Shown: one piece after another, positions 18,365 to 27,108 of the stretch
How positions within the stretch are numbered: position 1 is the stretch's first letter
How the letters are laid out: each line of letters opens with the position of its first letter
Assembly: GCA_017625915.1 (NCBI GenBank)
Contig: JAGAJV010000062.1
Span: 1 to 42,393 of the forward strand
Origin: Clostridia bacterium
GTDB lineage: Bacteria > Bacillota > Clostridia > Oscillospirales > CAG-272
Direction: 5' to 3'
DNA: 42,393 nt
The notes under the pieces: model-generated
What the model saw: only the letters and a program-made list of their open reading frames with translations
Told to the model about the DNA's origin: nothing
Database searches by the model: none
Position numbers and translations under genes: made by a program

Positions 18365-20590
18365 ATGGCAAAGACGAAGAAAAAACAGGAAAAAACAGAA
18401 TATATAGAAAGAGAACCATTTGTTCAACCTATCACAGATACGATTGAATCAAACTATATGCCTTATGCAGTCAGCGTAATGGTATCCCGTGCAATTCCGG
18501 AAATTGACGGTTTTAAGCCCTCACACAGAAAATTGCTTTATACTATGTATAAAATGGGACTGCTTACAGGACATAGAACAAAAAGCGCCAATATCGTTGG
18601 TGAAACAATGAAGCTAAACCCACACGGCGATGCTTCAATTTACGAAACCATGGTTCGTCTTACAAGAGGTAATGAGGCGCTTTTACATCCATTTGTTGAC
18701 TCAAAGGGCTCGTTCGGTAAGCAATACAGTAATATGGCTTTTGCGGCCTCCAGATATACCGAGGCAAAGCTTGACAGCTTCTGTACAGAAATCTTTTCTG
18801 GCATTGATAAAAATGCAGTTGATATGGTGGATAACTACGATAGCACCTTAAAAGAGCCGAGGCTTTTGCCAACCACCTTCCCAAATATATTAGTATCAGC
18901 TAATATGGGTATTGCAGTAGGACTTGCCTCATCCATTTGTTCCTTTAATTTAGGCGAAATATGTGATGCTACAATAGCACTCCTAAGAGCGCCAAGAACA
19001 GATATAGACAAGCTAATGGAAATCGTAAAAGCACCTGATTTTCCGGGCGGTGGCTATGTTGTTTACGATAGAGAGCAAATTAAAAGGGTTTACGAAACTG
19101 GTAAGGGTCCAATTAGACTTCGCGGTAAATATACATATGATGAAAAATCAAACTGTATTGAAATAACCGAGATTCCATATTCAACAACAGTTGAAGCTAT
19201 AATGAAGGAAGTATCCGAGCTTTATAAAGCAGGTAAGCTAAAGGAAATTAATGAGGTTCGTGACGAAACCGATATTAAGGGCTTGAAGCTGGCAATCGAC
19301 TTGAAGAAGGGCACAGACCCTGAGCAGATAATGCAAAAGCTTTATAAGTTTACTCCAATGGAGGATAATTTCGCTTGTAACTTCAATGTTTTAATTGACG
19401 GTGTTCCAAAGCAGCTCGGTATCAGAGGTATTCTTGTGGAGTGGATTCGCTTTAGAAAGGATTGCTTAACAAGAGAATTTACCTTCGAGCTTGACAAGAA
19501 AAGCGGAAAGCTTCACTTGCTTCTTGGTCTTGGCAAAATCCTACTTGATATTGATAAGGCAGTAAAAATCGTTAAGGAAACAGAAAAGGACGAGGATGTA
19601 GTACCAAACCTAATGGTAGGCTTTGATGTGGATAAGGAGCAGGCAGAATATATTGCAGACATTAAGCTCCGTCACCTTAACAGAGAATATATTATAAACA
19701 GATTAGCTGATATTGAGGAGCTACGAAAGGAAATCGCCTTCTATAAGGAAATTTTAAGCGACGACCTGAAAATGAAGGCTCAAATCATTAAACAGCTAAT
19801 GAATATAAAGAAAAAATATGCTAAGCCAAGAAAAACAGAAATTATTGAAGCCAGCTCAATCACAACCTTTGATAAGGAAATAATGATTGAGGACTATGTG
19901 GCTAAGCTATTCTATACAAAGGACGGCTACCTAAAGAAAATTACTCAGCAATCGCTAAGAGTCAATTCAGAGCAGAAAATCAAGGAGGACGACGAGCTTG
20001 TTTTTGAGGGCGACGTTAATAACAAGGACGAGGTAATATTCTTTACAAATAAGGCTCAGCTTTACTTTGCGAAAATATCTGATTTTGAGCTATCAAAGGC
20101 ATCAGAAATAGGTACATATGTTCCTAAAAAGCTCAAGTTCGATGATGATGAAAAGCCTGTATTTATGAAGATAAATCCTAATTTTGACGAAAATCAAAAT
20201 GTGATTTTTGTGTTTGAAAACGGTAAGGCTGTAAGAGTTCCGGCTAGCCAATATGCGACACAGGGTGCTCGTAAAAAGCTTAAAAAGGCATTTTCAGATG
20301 CTTCACCAATTGTTGGTGTAGTATGGGAGGGCAAGGACGATGAGCATATCTTAATTATAAACTCAGAGTCTAAGGCAATTTTAATTAGACCGTCACTAAT
20401 TCCTATAAAAACAACAAGAACCTCAATAGGGACAACTGTGTTCGCAATGAATCTAAAGAAAAAACAAAAAATTACTGAGGTATGTGGCGATTATTCAAGG
20501 AAATATCCGGATGCAATGTCTTATAGAAAGCTAAAGATACCGGCAACAGGCATTTTAATGAATCAAAAATATAGCAAAAAAACAACTTAA
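18365..20590 (+). CDS. Type IIA DNA topoisomerase subunit A (ParC/GyrA family)
   Basis: YMPYAVSVMVSRAIPEIDGFKPSHRKLLY, HPHGD-like NPHGDASIYETMV, catalytic Tyr context AASRYTEAKL; 741 aa (ParC-like length). No B-subunit gene is adjacent. Confidence 0.85.
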   Translation: MAKTKKKQEKTEYIEREPFVQPITDTIESNYMPYAVSVMVSRAIPEIDGFKPSHRKLLYTMYKMGLLTGHRTKSANIVGETMKLNPHGDASIYETMVRLTRGNEALLHPFVDSKGSFGKQYSNMAFAASRYTEAKLDSFCTEIFSGIDKNAVDMVDNYDSTLKEPRLLPTTFPNILVSANMGIAVGLASSICSFNLGEICDATIALLRAPRTDIDKLMEIVKAPDFPGGGYVVYDREQIKRVYETGKGPIRLRGKYTYDEKSNCIEITEIPYSTTVEAIMKEVSELYKAGKLKEINEVRDETDIKGLKLAIDLKKGTDPEQIMQKLYKFTPMEDNFACNFNVLIDGVPKQLGIRGILVEWIRFRKDCLTREFTFELDKKSGKLHLLLGLGKILLDIDKAVKIVKETEKDEDVVPNLMVGFDVDKEQAEYIADIKLRHLNREYIINRLADIEELRKEIAFYKEILSDDLKMKAQIIKQLMNIKKKYAKPRKTEIIEASSITTFDKEIMIEDYVAKLFYTKDGYLKKITQQSLRVNSEQKIKEDDELVFEGDVNNKDEVIFFTNKAQLYFAKISDFELSKASEIGTYVPKKLKFDDDEKPVFMKINPNFDENQNVIFVFENGKAVRVPASQYATQGARKKLKKAFSDASPIVGVVWEGKDDEHILIINSESKAILIRPSLIPIKTTRTSIGTTVFAMNLKKKQKITEVCGDYSRKYPDAMSYRKLKIPATGILMNQKYSKKTT

Positions 20591-20616
20591 AATAGAAGAT
20601 TTGGAGGACTAAAGAG

Positions 20617-20736
20617 ATGGAAAAGCAAACTAATCGCAAGAAGGCTAAGGTTAATGCAACAAGAGTTCTTTGCGGTATTCTTGCAGGCTTAATGCTCGCA
20701 GGCTCAATTGCAGCAATTATCGTAGCACTTATCTGA
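20617..20736 (+). CDS. Small (39 aa) basic, C-terminally membrane-anchored protein, not in the ORF track
   Basis: ATG 20617 preceded by ggagg at 9 nt; translation MEKQTNRKKAKVNATRVLCGILAGLMLAGSIAAIIVALI; TGA at 20734-20736; strong terminator follows. Confidence 0.5.
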   Translation: MEKQTNRKKAKVNATRVLCGILAGLMLAGSIAAIIVALI

Positions 20737-20748
20737 TTTATACACTTA

Positions 20749-20800
20749 AAAATAAAGGGGAGCAAACGAATCGAATTGTTTGCTCCCCTTTATTTTGTGT
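20749..20800. terminator. Strong bidirectional intrinsic terminator
   Basis: 17-bp stem aataaaggggagcaaac / gtttgctcccctttatt, T-run downstream, between convergent genes. Confidence 0.8.
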
Positions 20801-20828
20801 TTTTAAAAAAATGATAAAATATGCTATA

Positions 20829-22310
20829 CTACAGTCCAATAAATACTGCTAGCATTAAAAATCCAAGAGAAATACCGAACAAGATAAGCTGGAATAGAAT
20901 TGTTTTCTTAAACCATTCTGCAAAGCTTACATTGGCAAGACCTAAGCCAACAAGCAAGGTACCGCAGGTTGGATATAGAACGTTTGTATATCCGTCAGCA
21001 AATAAATATGTTAGTATAATAACGGTCTTGCTAATTCCATCTATTGGGGCAAGTGTAAGCATAGGAATAATCAAAACAGCCTTAGCTGATGCGCTTGGAA
21101 TGAAAAATTCAATAATAAGCACGAATGCATACAGAATGATAACTGCAAGATATGGCGAAATATTTGTTACAGAATTATAGAAATAATAGAATATTGTGTG
21201 CAATATATTCCCCTGCTGTGCTATATATGTAATTCCAAATGCAATCATAATGATTACGATTGAAGGGAGAACATCCTTAACTCCCTTTATAAAGCTCTTT
21301 CCAAGGCGCTTATATGAGCCTAGTAAAACTCTGCCTATAATAACCGTGCCTACAATAAATGCAACTGCCATAAATACCATAGCAAGTGATCTTAATGATT
21401 TTATTGCAGTAGTTATAATAACCGATAATAGCGCAATAGAGAATAGCGCAATAATCATTTTTGATTTACGAACATCCTCAGCGTGCTCCTCTTTAGAAAC
21501 TGTTACAAAGCCCTGAACATCAAATTTTTCGGTAGCCTTTCTTTCGTCACGCTTAGCCAATGCTGTTAAAAACAGAGAGGTAACTACATACATTACACAG
21601 AAAATAATAATTCTGTACCATATACCGTCAGTTACATTAACACCCGCAGCAATTGATGCAGTTCCTATTGTTAACGGATTGGTAATGGCTGTAGTAAAGC
21701 CAACTCCTGATGAAATTAAAACAAATGAAATAGCAGTAAATCTTGACCAGTTAAGCGCCGTGCATAGCATAGCAAAGACAGGATACAAAATAAGTAATTG
21801 CTCCTGAAGACCAAATACAGCAGATAAAATCATAATAACAGCGGTAATTGCCCAAATCGCAGCAAAGCGCTTTGCCTGAAGCTTCACCATAATTACTCTT
21901 ACAAGGGAAACTAAGCCACCGCTTTCCTCAAGCACCTTAAATGTACCGCCAAGCACTAATAAAAGAGCAATAATCATTATCATGTTGGTGCTATTGCTTC
22001 CTAAAATCAATGCCTCAAATGGAGAGAGTAACCAGCGCCACACAGGAAGACGAGAGGTGTTTTCCTCGTCAGTGAGCTCACGGAATGAATCAATTACAAT
22101 TTGCTTATCAAGAGAAGCGTCGGTAGTGTATTGATAAAATGGCTTATCAGCCTTTGATATATCAGTAGTATAAATTGTATACTGTCCGGCAGGTATCACA
22201 AAGGTGAGTATACCAACAACAAGCAAAACTACAAGCAGTATGGTAACAACCGTAATAAAGCTTTTAAGTCCAAATTTTACTTTTACATCTAATTCTTTTT
22301 CTTTACTCAT
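20829..22310 (-). CDS. YfcC/ArcD-like (C4-dicarboxylate anaerobic carrier superfamily) membrane transporter
   Basis: Polytopic ~490 aa protein with the N-terminus typical of the YfcC family (FGLKSFITVVTILLV...IPAGQY). Start set to ATG 22310 (MSKEKE), preceded by agggaga. Confidence 0.8.
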   Translation of the reverse strand: MSKEKELDVKVKFGLKSFITVVTILLVVLLVVGILTFVIPAGQYTIYTTDISKADKPFYQYTTDASLDKQIVIDSFRELTDEENTSRLPVWRWLLSPFEALILGSNSTNMIMIIALLLVLGGTFKVLEESGGLVSLVRVIMVKLQAKRFAAIWAITAVIMILSAVFGLQEQLLILYPVFAMLCTALNWSRFTAISFVLISSGVGFTTAITNPLTIGTASIAAGVNVTDGIWYRIIIFCVMYVVTSLFLTALAKRDERKATEKFDVQGFVTVSKEEHAEDVRKSKMIIALFSIALLSVIITTAIKSLRSLAMVFMAVAFIVGTVIIGRVLLGSYKRLGKSFIKGVKDVLPSIVIIMIAFGITYIAQQGNILHTIFYYFYNSVTNISPYLAVIILYAFVLIIEFFIPSASAKAVLIIPMLTLAPIDGISKTVIILTYLFADGYTNVLYPTCGTLLVGLGLANVSFAEWFKKTILFQLILFGISLGFLMLAVFIGL

Positions 22311-23604
22311 AAATTTCTCCCTTATCATAATCGTAAACATCTAAGCAGGCATTTGCCCATCTTTTGTCGTAAAGATTATGTATTTCCTCTGATGCTAAGG
22401 TCCATTTTATTAAGCACTTATTTTTATCATCCGGAATTATCATAAAATAATCGTTGTTGTGATAAAATTCCAAAAATCCCTTTGTAGAAAAGGTAAGTGA
22501 ATATATTGAATTTGCATCAAAATTAAAATCAACACAATGTCCATCAAGCATTCCTGTAAAATAAAGCCCCTTATTTGTCAATTTTACATTGCCAACGGAT
22601 AAAATTTGTCTGTTTTTCGGTTCTTTTCTTAATTTATCAAGCCTTAGTGTGCATAAGCTGCCACTTAGCTCCAGCTTGAAATTATCGTCCTTTATTTCCT
22701 TAGAAACACATCTGCGCTGCCATTTATACCACTCATCTATATTGACGGGCGCTTCCTTGCCACTTATATTTATTAAATCGTAATATTCGTTTATTTTTAC
22801 CTTGAAATCACAGGCCTTGCATATTACGGTATCATTATCAACATATAATGTGTGTTCTTCCTTGCAAGCAGGGCATTTGTAAAGTATTTTATCAATTCCA
22901 TACGCATTTGGCTTCTTACCAACATATTTATTGCGTGCCGTCTTATTGAATTCAAAATCGTTATAGCTGATTTTTTCAAAAATCATATTATAAATTTGCT
23001 CTTCACTAAGCTCCTCTAGCATTTGAGGCGTAAAAAGCAAAGAATAGGAAATGCTGATATATCCCTTTTTGCGATCACTTGAATATCTGTTTGTAGCTAA
23101 ATATGCACCCTTAGAGGTAGCTACCACAATATTAGCACGGCTTCTTTTAATAAATTGTGCAGTTGCAGGATTTATAGGATGTGTGCTTCCGCTTGCAGAC
23201 TGAATTCCTTCAGGAAAAAGTCCAAGCGCGCCGTTTCGCTTTAAAACCTTAAGCATGCTCTTTACACACACAAGGTCGGGCTGATATAAGTATTTGGATA
23301 TAACGCCTAACCAAATAAAAAAGCGATATATACCTCTTTTTAATATATTTTGATAACCGCATACCATATTTATATCCTTACGCTTAAATCCGTAAAGCGT
23401 ATATATAAATTCAAGCCTTGATGCGTGTGAGGAAAGCAAAATAGTTGGCTGTCCCTTCAGTGCCTTATGGTCATAGTCATAGCTAAATCTTACCTTATAC
23501 AATTTATTTAGCATACCCAGTAGCCACATAACGATTGTCATAAGTAAAACATTCGGCTTTTTAATTTTTCTATTTATCAGCTTTGCTTTTAAGTCTTTTT
23601 TCAT
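22303..23604 (-). CDS. Lysophospholipid acyltransferase (PlsC/LPLAT) family protein with a C-terminal zinc-ribbon-containing extension
   Basis: H(x)4[DE] motif SSHASRLEF and FPEG motif; C-terminal ~210 aa contain CPACKEE...ICKACDF. Overlaps the downstream transporter gene by 8 nt. Confidence 0.75.
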   Translation of the reverse strand: MKKDLKAKLINRKIKKPNVLLMTIVMWLLGMLNKLYKVRFSYDYDHKALKGQPTILLSSHASRLEFIYTLYGFKRKDINMVCGYQNILKRGIYRFFIWLGVISKYLYQPDLVCVKSMLKVLKRNGALGLFPEGIQSASGSTHPINPATAQFIKRSRANIVVATSKGAYLATNRYSSDRKKGYISISYSLLFTPQMLEELSEEQIYNMIFEKISYNDFEFNKTARNKYVGKKPNAYGIDKILYKCPACKEEHTLYVDNDTVICKACDFKVKINEYYDLINISGKEAPVNIDEWYKWQRRCVSKEIKDDNFKLELSGSLCTLRLDKLRKEPKNRQILSVGNVKLTNKGLYFTGMLDGHCVDFNFDANSIYSLTFSTKGFLEFYHNNDYFMIIPDDKNKCLIKWTLASEEIHNLYDKRWANACLDVYDYDKGEIYE

Positions 23605-23638
23605 AATATATGAATTCCTTTAAGTGTTCTCATATGAT

Positions 23639-23667
23639 ACAATACCACAAATTTAAACAAATTGCAA
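23639..23667 (-). promoter_or_regulatory. Candidate promoter for the acyltransferase-transporter operon
   Basis: On the minus strand, TTGCAA, 17-nt spacer, TATTGT. Confidence 0.4.
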
Positions 23668-23716
23668 TAAAAGGTTAATAAAATAAAAATAAATTAAAAA
23701 AATTACAAAAAAGGTC

Positions 23717-23745
23717 TTGACAAAACAAGTTTGTTTTAGTATAAT
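23717..23745 (+). promoter_or_regulatory. Consensus sigma-A promoter of tRNA-Leu
   Basis: TTGACA (23717-23722), 17-nt spacer, TATAAT (23740-23745), ~30 nt upstream of the tRNA. Confidence 0.65.
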
Positions 23746-23774
23746 AGTCAAGCAAGGTTAAAAGACCACTATAT

Positions 23775-23857
23775 GCGAGAGTGGCGGAATCGGCAGACGC
23801 GCACGTTTGAGGGGCGTGTGGGCAACCGTACGGGTTCAAGTCCCGTTTCTCGCACCA
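23775..23857 (+). tRNA. tRNA-Leu (anticodon GAG), class II with long variable arm, encoded CCA
   Basis: Acceptor GCGAGAG / TTCTCGC, anticodon stem CACGT / GCGTG with loop TTGAGGG, variable arm, T-arm ACGGG-TTCAAGT-CCCGT, 3' ACCA. Confidence 0.9.
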
Positions 23858-23888
23858 AAAAACGACAAGCTTTGGCTTGTCGTTTTTC
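23858..23888. terminator. Intrinsic terminator after tRNA-Leu (also abuts the tspO 3' end)
   Basis: Stem aaaacgacaagc / gcttgtcgtttt with loop tttg. Confidence 0.75.
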
Positions 23889-24360
23889 ATTTATTTAATA
23901 AGTATATTCCGAAATTTAAATATCCGGCAAATGCAACCCATACAGCATAGGGGATTTGTAAATATGATGCCACCTTGTTAATTTTATAGTATTCTACAAT
24001 AGTTTTAAGTATCAATACAAATAAAGCAACAAGCCAAATAAACGCAAATAAAAATTTTCTTAAATTAAAGAAAATCAAGCTCCAGGTAAAATTGAAAAAT
24101 AAGCTTACCGCATACACATATAATGCTTTTTTCTTTTCACCTGCGCTTGCATTGTCGCTTGTGTAAATCATAGCCGCGCTAATTCCCATTAGCACAAATA
24201 ATATGGTCCAAACAATAGGGAAAAGAATAGACGGAGGAGATAAGGGAGGAGTATTTACCTCACTGTATATTCTCATATTATCCATAGTAAGCAAGCTGGA
24301 TACAATACCGACACCTAATGAAATTAAAATTGAAAAAATATAAGGCTTAACCTTTTTCAT
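23887..24360 (-). CDS. tspO: TspO/MBR family tryptophan-rich sensory protein
   Basis: 157 aa, 5 TM segments, PPLSPPSILFPIVWTILFVLMG and W-rich motifs characteristic of TspO. Confidence 0.85.
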   Translation of the reverse strand: MKKVKPYIFSILISLGVGIVSSLLTMDNMRIYSEVNTPPLSPPSILFPIVWTILFVLMGISAAMIYTSDNASAGEKKKALYVYAVSLFFNFTWSLIFFNLRKFLFAFIWLVALFVLILKTIVEYYKINKVASYLQIPYAVWVAFAGYLNFGIYLLNK

Positions 24361-24406
24361 AAATTCACCACCTTCAATATATTTATATTAAATAATTCAA
24401 AATTTA

Positions 24407-24435
24407 TTGACAGAAAAATGAAAATATCTTATAAT
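24407..24435 (+). promoter_or_regulatory. Consensus sigma-A promoter
   Basis: TTGACA (24407-24412), 17-nt spacer, TATAAT (24430-24435). Confidence 0.6.
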
Positions 24436-24460
24436 TATAAAAAAGGAAGGGAGAGAAAAT

Positions 24461-24781
24461 ATGAGTAACGAATATCAAAACCCAATCGACGCACTTTACG
24501 ACGAGGAAAATTGTGACCCTATTTTATTATATAATGAAAAAGGAGAAGCAATCGCATTTGAGCAAATCGCGCTAATTCCCCTAAAGGATAAAACCTATGC
24601 AATTTTGAAGCCTATTAAGCCAATGGAGGGACTTGGCGAGAACGAGGGACTTGTTTTTTCAATTGAAGCATTAGAAATTGAGGAAACAGAGCAGGAAGCA
24701 TTAGTGCTTGTTACAGACGAAAAAATTATCGACGATGTATTTAAGGTATACGACGAATTAGTTGATGCCGAAAACGAATAA
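24461..24781 (+). CDS. DUF1292 family small acidic protein
   Basis: 106 aa, acidic, pattern DEENCDPILLYNEKGEAIAFEQIALIP...YAILKPI typical of DUF1292. Confidence 0.7.
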   Translation: MSNEYQNPIDALYDEENCDPILLYNEKGEAIAFEQIALIPLKDKTYAILKPIKPMEGLGENEGLVFSIEALEIEETEQEALVLVTDEKIIDDVFKVYDELVDAENE

Positions 24782-24782
24782 C

Positions 24783-24812
24783 AAAAATGCTCCTCTTTTG
24801 AGGAGCATTTTA
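24783..24812. terminator. Bidirectional intrinsic terminator
   Basis: Stem aaaatgctcctc / gaggagcatttt with loop tttt. Confidence 0.8.
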
Positions 24813-24822
24813 TGTATTAAAA

Positions 24823-25071
24823 TTAGTCAGCTAAAACTGTAATTCTGTTACTTGTAATTTCAGTTAGAAGGTCAACTATCCAAGCAATTAGGTTACCGAT
24901 ACCTGTGCAAAGAACAAGAATACCAACTACAAGTGTTACAACATTCTTTGTTTCAAGGAAACGAACAATACGATAAATACCGCCAACTACAGCGCCAAGA
25001 AGCAATTGAATAAGAACTTTAACGATCTTTGGTAGTGCCTCATATTGAGCTGTTAAAGAATTGTTTGCCAT
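24823..25071 (-). CDS. Small two-TM membrane protein, function unknown
   Basis: Start moved to ATG 25071 (MANNSLTAQYE...), preceded by aaaggag; two hydrophobic helices. The ORF-track N-terminal extension lacks an RBS. Confidence 0.55.
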   Translation of the reverse strand: MANNSLTAQYEALPKIVKVLIQLLLGAVVGGIYRIVRFLETKNVVTLVVGILVLCTGIGNLIAWIVDLLTEITSNRITVLAD

Positions 25072-25199
25072 GTTAAAACTCCTTTCAAGCATTGTAAGTA
25101 ATAAATATTTTATTACCGTGCTTATTATATCATATGCGACAATAAAAATCAAGATAAAAAATGCGGAAATAAAATTTATAATATATATTATAAAAAAAC

Positions 25200-25228
25200 T
25201 TGAATATTTAATAAAAATATGATAAAAT
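25200..25228 (+). promoter_or_regulatory. Sigma-A-type promoter (extended -10) upstream of miaB
   Basis: TTGAAT, 17-nt spacer, tgaTAAAAT. Confidence 0.55.
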
Positions 25229-25246
25229 TGATTAGATAAATATTTA

Positions 25247-26659
25247 ATGAGGAAAAATATGAGCTTTGTAAGTATTGAAGAAATGAAAAAGCAGGGGCTC
25301 TTTATAGATAATGTACGCGCTCAAATTGAGGGCAAGGGACTAAAGGCTTGCGTTTTTACTCTTGGCTGTCAGCAAAACGAGGCAGATAGCGAAAGAATGA
25401 GAGGCATTTTAAAAAGCCTGGGCTATGAAATTACCTATAAGGAGGACGAGGCAGATTTACTGCTTGTAAATACCTGTGCAATAAGAGAGCATGCCGAAAG
25501 ACGAGCGCTCTCAATTGTAGGCAGATATAAGCATTATAAAACTAAAAATCCCGACCTTATTATAGGTGTATGCGGTTGTATGACTGCACAGGAGCATAGA
25601 ATAGAGCATTTTAAGCATTCCTACCATTATGTAGATTTCGTATTTGGCACAGGCACTATGTATCGTTTGCCTGAATATGTATCAAACGCACTAAATAAGG
25701 GCAAAAGATTATTTACAATCGACCCACAAGCCCCGGAAATTGCCGAGGGTATTCCTGTTGTGCGTGAAAGCAATTATAAGGCTTGGGTAAGTATAATGTA
25801 TGGCTGTAATAATTTCTGTACATATTGTATTGTGCCATATGTAAGAGGCAGAGAAAGAAGCCGTAAAATGTCCGATATATTAGAGGAAATTAGAGGGCTG
25901 GCTAGCGAGGGCTATCACGATATAACCTTGCTTGGTCAAAATGTAAATTCCTATGGTAAGGATTTAGAGGGAAGTCCGACTATTGCAGATTTGCTTAACG
26001 AAATTGCAAAAATAGATGGCGATTTCCTTATCCACCTAATGACCTCACATCCTAAGGACGCATCTGACAAAATGATAGAAGCACTTAAAAATAATCCGCA
26101 CTGCGCAAACTGCTTCCATCTACCGTTACAGTCCGGCTCTGATGCGATTCTTAAAAAAATGAACCGTCACTATGATACCGAAAGATATCTCTCAATAATA
26201 GACAAATTACGCGAAAATAGAGAGGATATGGTATTAACCACCGATATTATTGTAGGCTTCCCTGGGGAAACAGACGAGGATTTTGAGAAAACAATTGAAA
26301 TTATTAAAAAAGTAAAATATGACTCAATCTTTAGCTTTATTTATTCACGAAGAAAGGGAACACCTGCCGATAAAATGGAGGACCATATTTCCGAGGAAAT
26401 AAAGCATAAAAGGTACGACCGTCTATGTGAGGTACAAAACGAAATTGCCCATGAGCTAAATGCGAAATATATGGGTAAAATCCTTCGCGTGCTGGTGGAC
26501 GGAAAAAGCAAAAACAACGAAAGCGTATATACCTCACGCACAGAGGGTGGCAAAATAGTCCACTTTGAAAGCGACAAGGATTATACAGGACAGTTTATTA
26601 CGTTAAAGATCAGTCGTACAGATACCTTTGCACTGTACGGTGAAATATATAAAGATTAA
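25247..26659 (+). CDS. miaB: tRNA (N6-isopentenyl-A37) methylthiotransferase MiaB
   Basis: UPF0004 domain Cys (TLGCQQNEADSE, VNTCAIRE, GVCGCM), radical SAM CNNFCTYCIVP, TRAM C-terminus. Alternative start ATG 25259 is possible. Confidence 0.9.
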   Translation: MRKNMSFVSIEEMKKQGLFIDNVRAQIEGKGLKACVFTLGCQQNEADSERMRGILKSLGYEITYKEDEADLLLVNTCAIREHAERRALSIVGRYKHYKTKNPDLIIGVCGCMTAQEHRIEHFKHSYHYVDFVFGTGTMYRLPEYVSNALNKGKRLFTIDPQAPEIAEGIPVVRESNYKAWVSIMYGCNNFCTYCIVPYVRGRERSRKMSDILEEIRGLASEGYHDITLLGQNVNSYGKDLEGSPTIADLLNEIAKIDGDFLIHLMTSHPKDASDKMIEALKNNPHCANCFHLPLQSGSDAILKKMNRHYDTERYLSIIDKLRENREDMVLTTDIIVGFPGETDEDFEKTIEIIKKVKYDSIFSFIYSRRKGTPADKMEDHISEEIKHKRYDRLCEVQNEIAHELNAKYMGKILRVLVDGKSKNNESVYTSRTEGGKIVHFESDKDYTGQFITLKISRTDTFALYGEIYKD

Positions 26660-26679
26660 ATTAAAAGGAGAATAAAATT

Positions 26680-27072
26680 ATGACAATTATGGAGCTTGCT
26701 GCTCAGCTTGGACAGGCTATTAAGGCAGACGAAAGAATCGTAAAAATGAACGAGGCAAGAGAGGCTTACGAAAAGGACGAGGACCTACAAAAGCTTATGC
26801 TTGAATACAATGTTCAACAAACAGCTTTAGCTGAGGAATACAAAAAGGAGCAGGTTGATCCGGCTATTATCGAGTCTATCGAGGCAAGACTTGACGCTAT
26901 CGTTAAGGAAGTAACAGAAAAGGATGTTTTCGTAGCTCTTAACGAGGCAAACGAGGCTGTTAACGCGCTTATGCAAGAGGTTAATGGCGAAATCGAATTT
27001 AATATTACAGGAGTTCGCCCATGCACACACGACTGTAGCTCCTGTGGCTCAGACTGTGGACATCACCACTAA
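26680..27072 (+). CDS. YlbF/YmcA family regulator with a C-terminal Cys/His-rich tail
   Basis: Helical 130 aa protein with a YlbF-like N-terminus (ELAAQLGQAIKADERIVKMNEAREAYEKDEDLQ) ending CTHDCSSCGSDCGHHH; conserved position upstream of mutS. Confidence 0.7.
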   Translation: MTIMELAAQLGQAIKADERIVKMNEAREAYEKDEDLQKLMLEYNVQQTALAEEYKKEQVDPAIIESIEARLDAIVKEVTEKDVFVALNEANEAVNALMQEVNGEIEFNITGVRPCTHDCSSCGSDCGHHH

Positions 27073-27108
27073 TATTTAATTTTTAGAATTTTCGGAGGGT
27101 AAAACAAT

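Noticed and set aside
23675-23890. 71-aa minus-strand ORF.
   Set aside because: It lies antisense across tRNA-Leu, its promoter and its terminator, so it is spurious.
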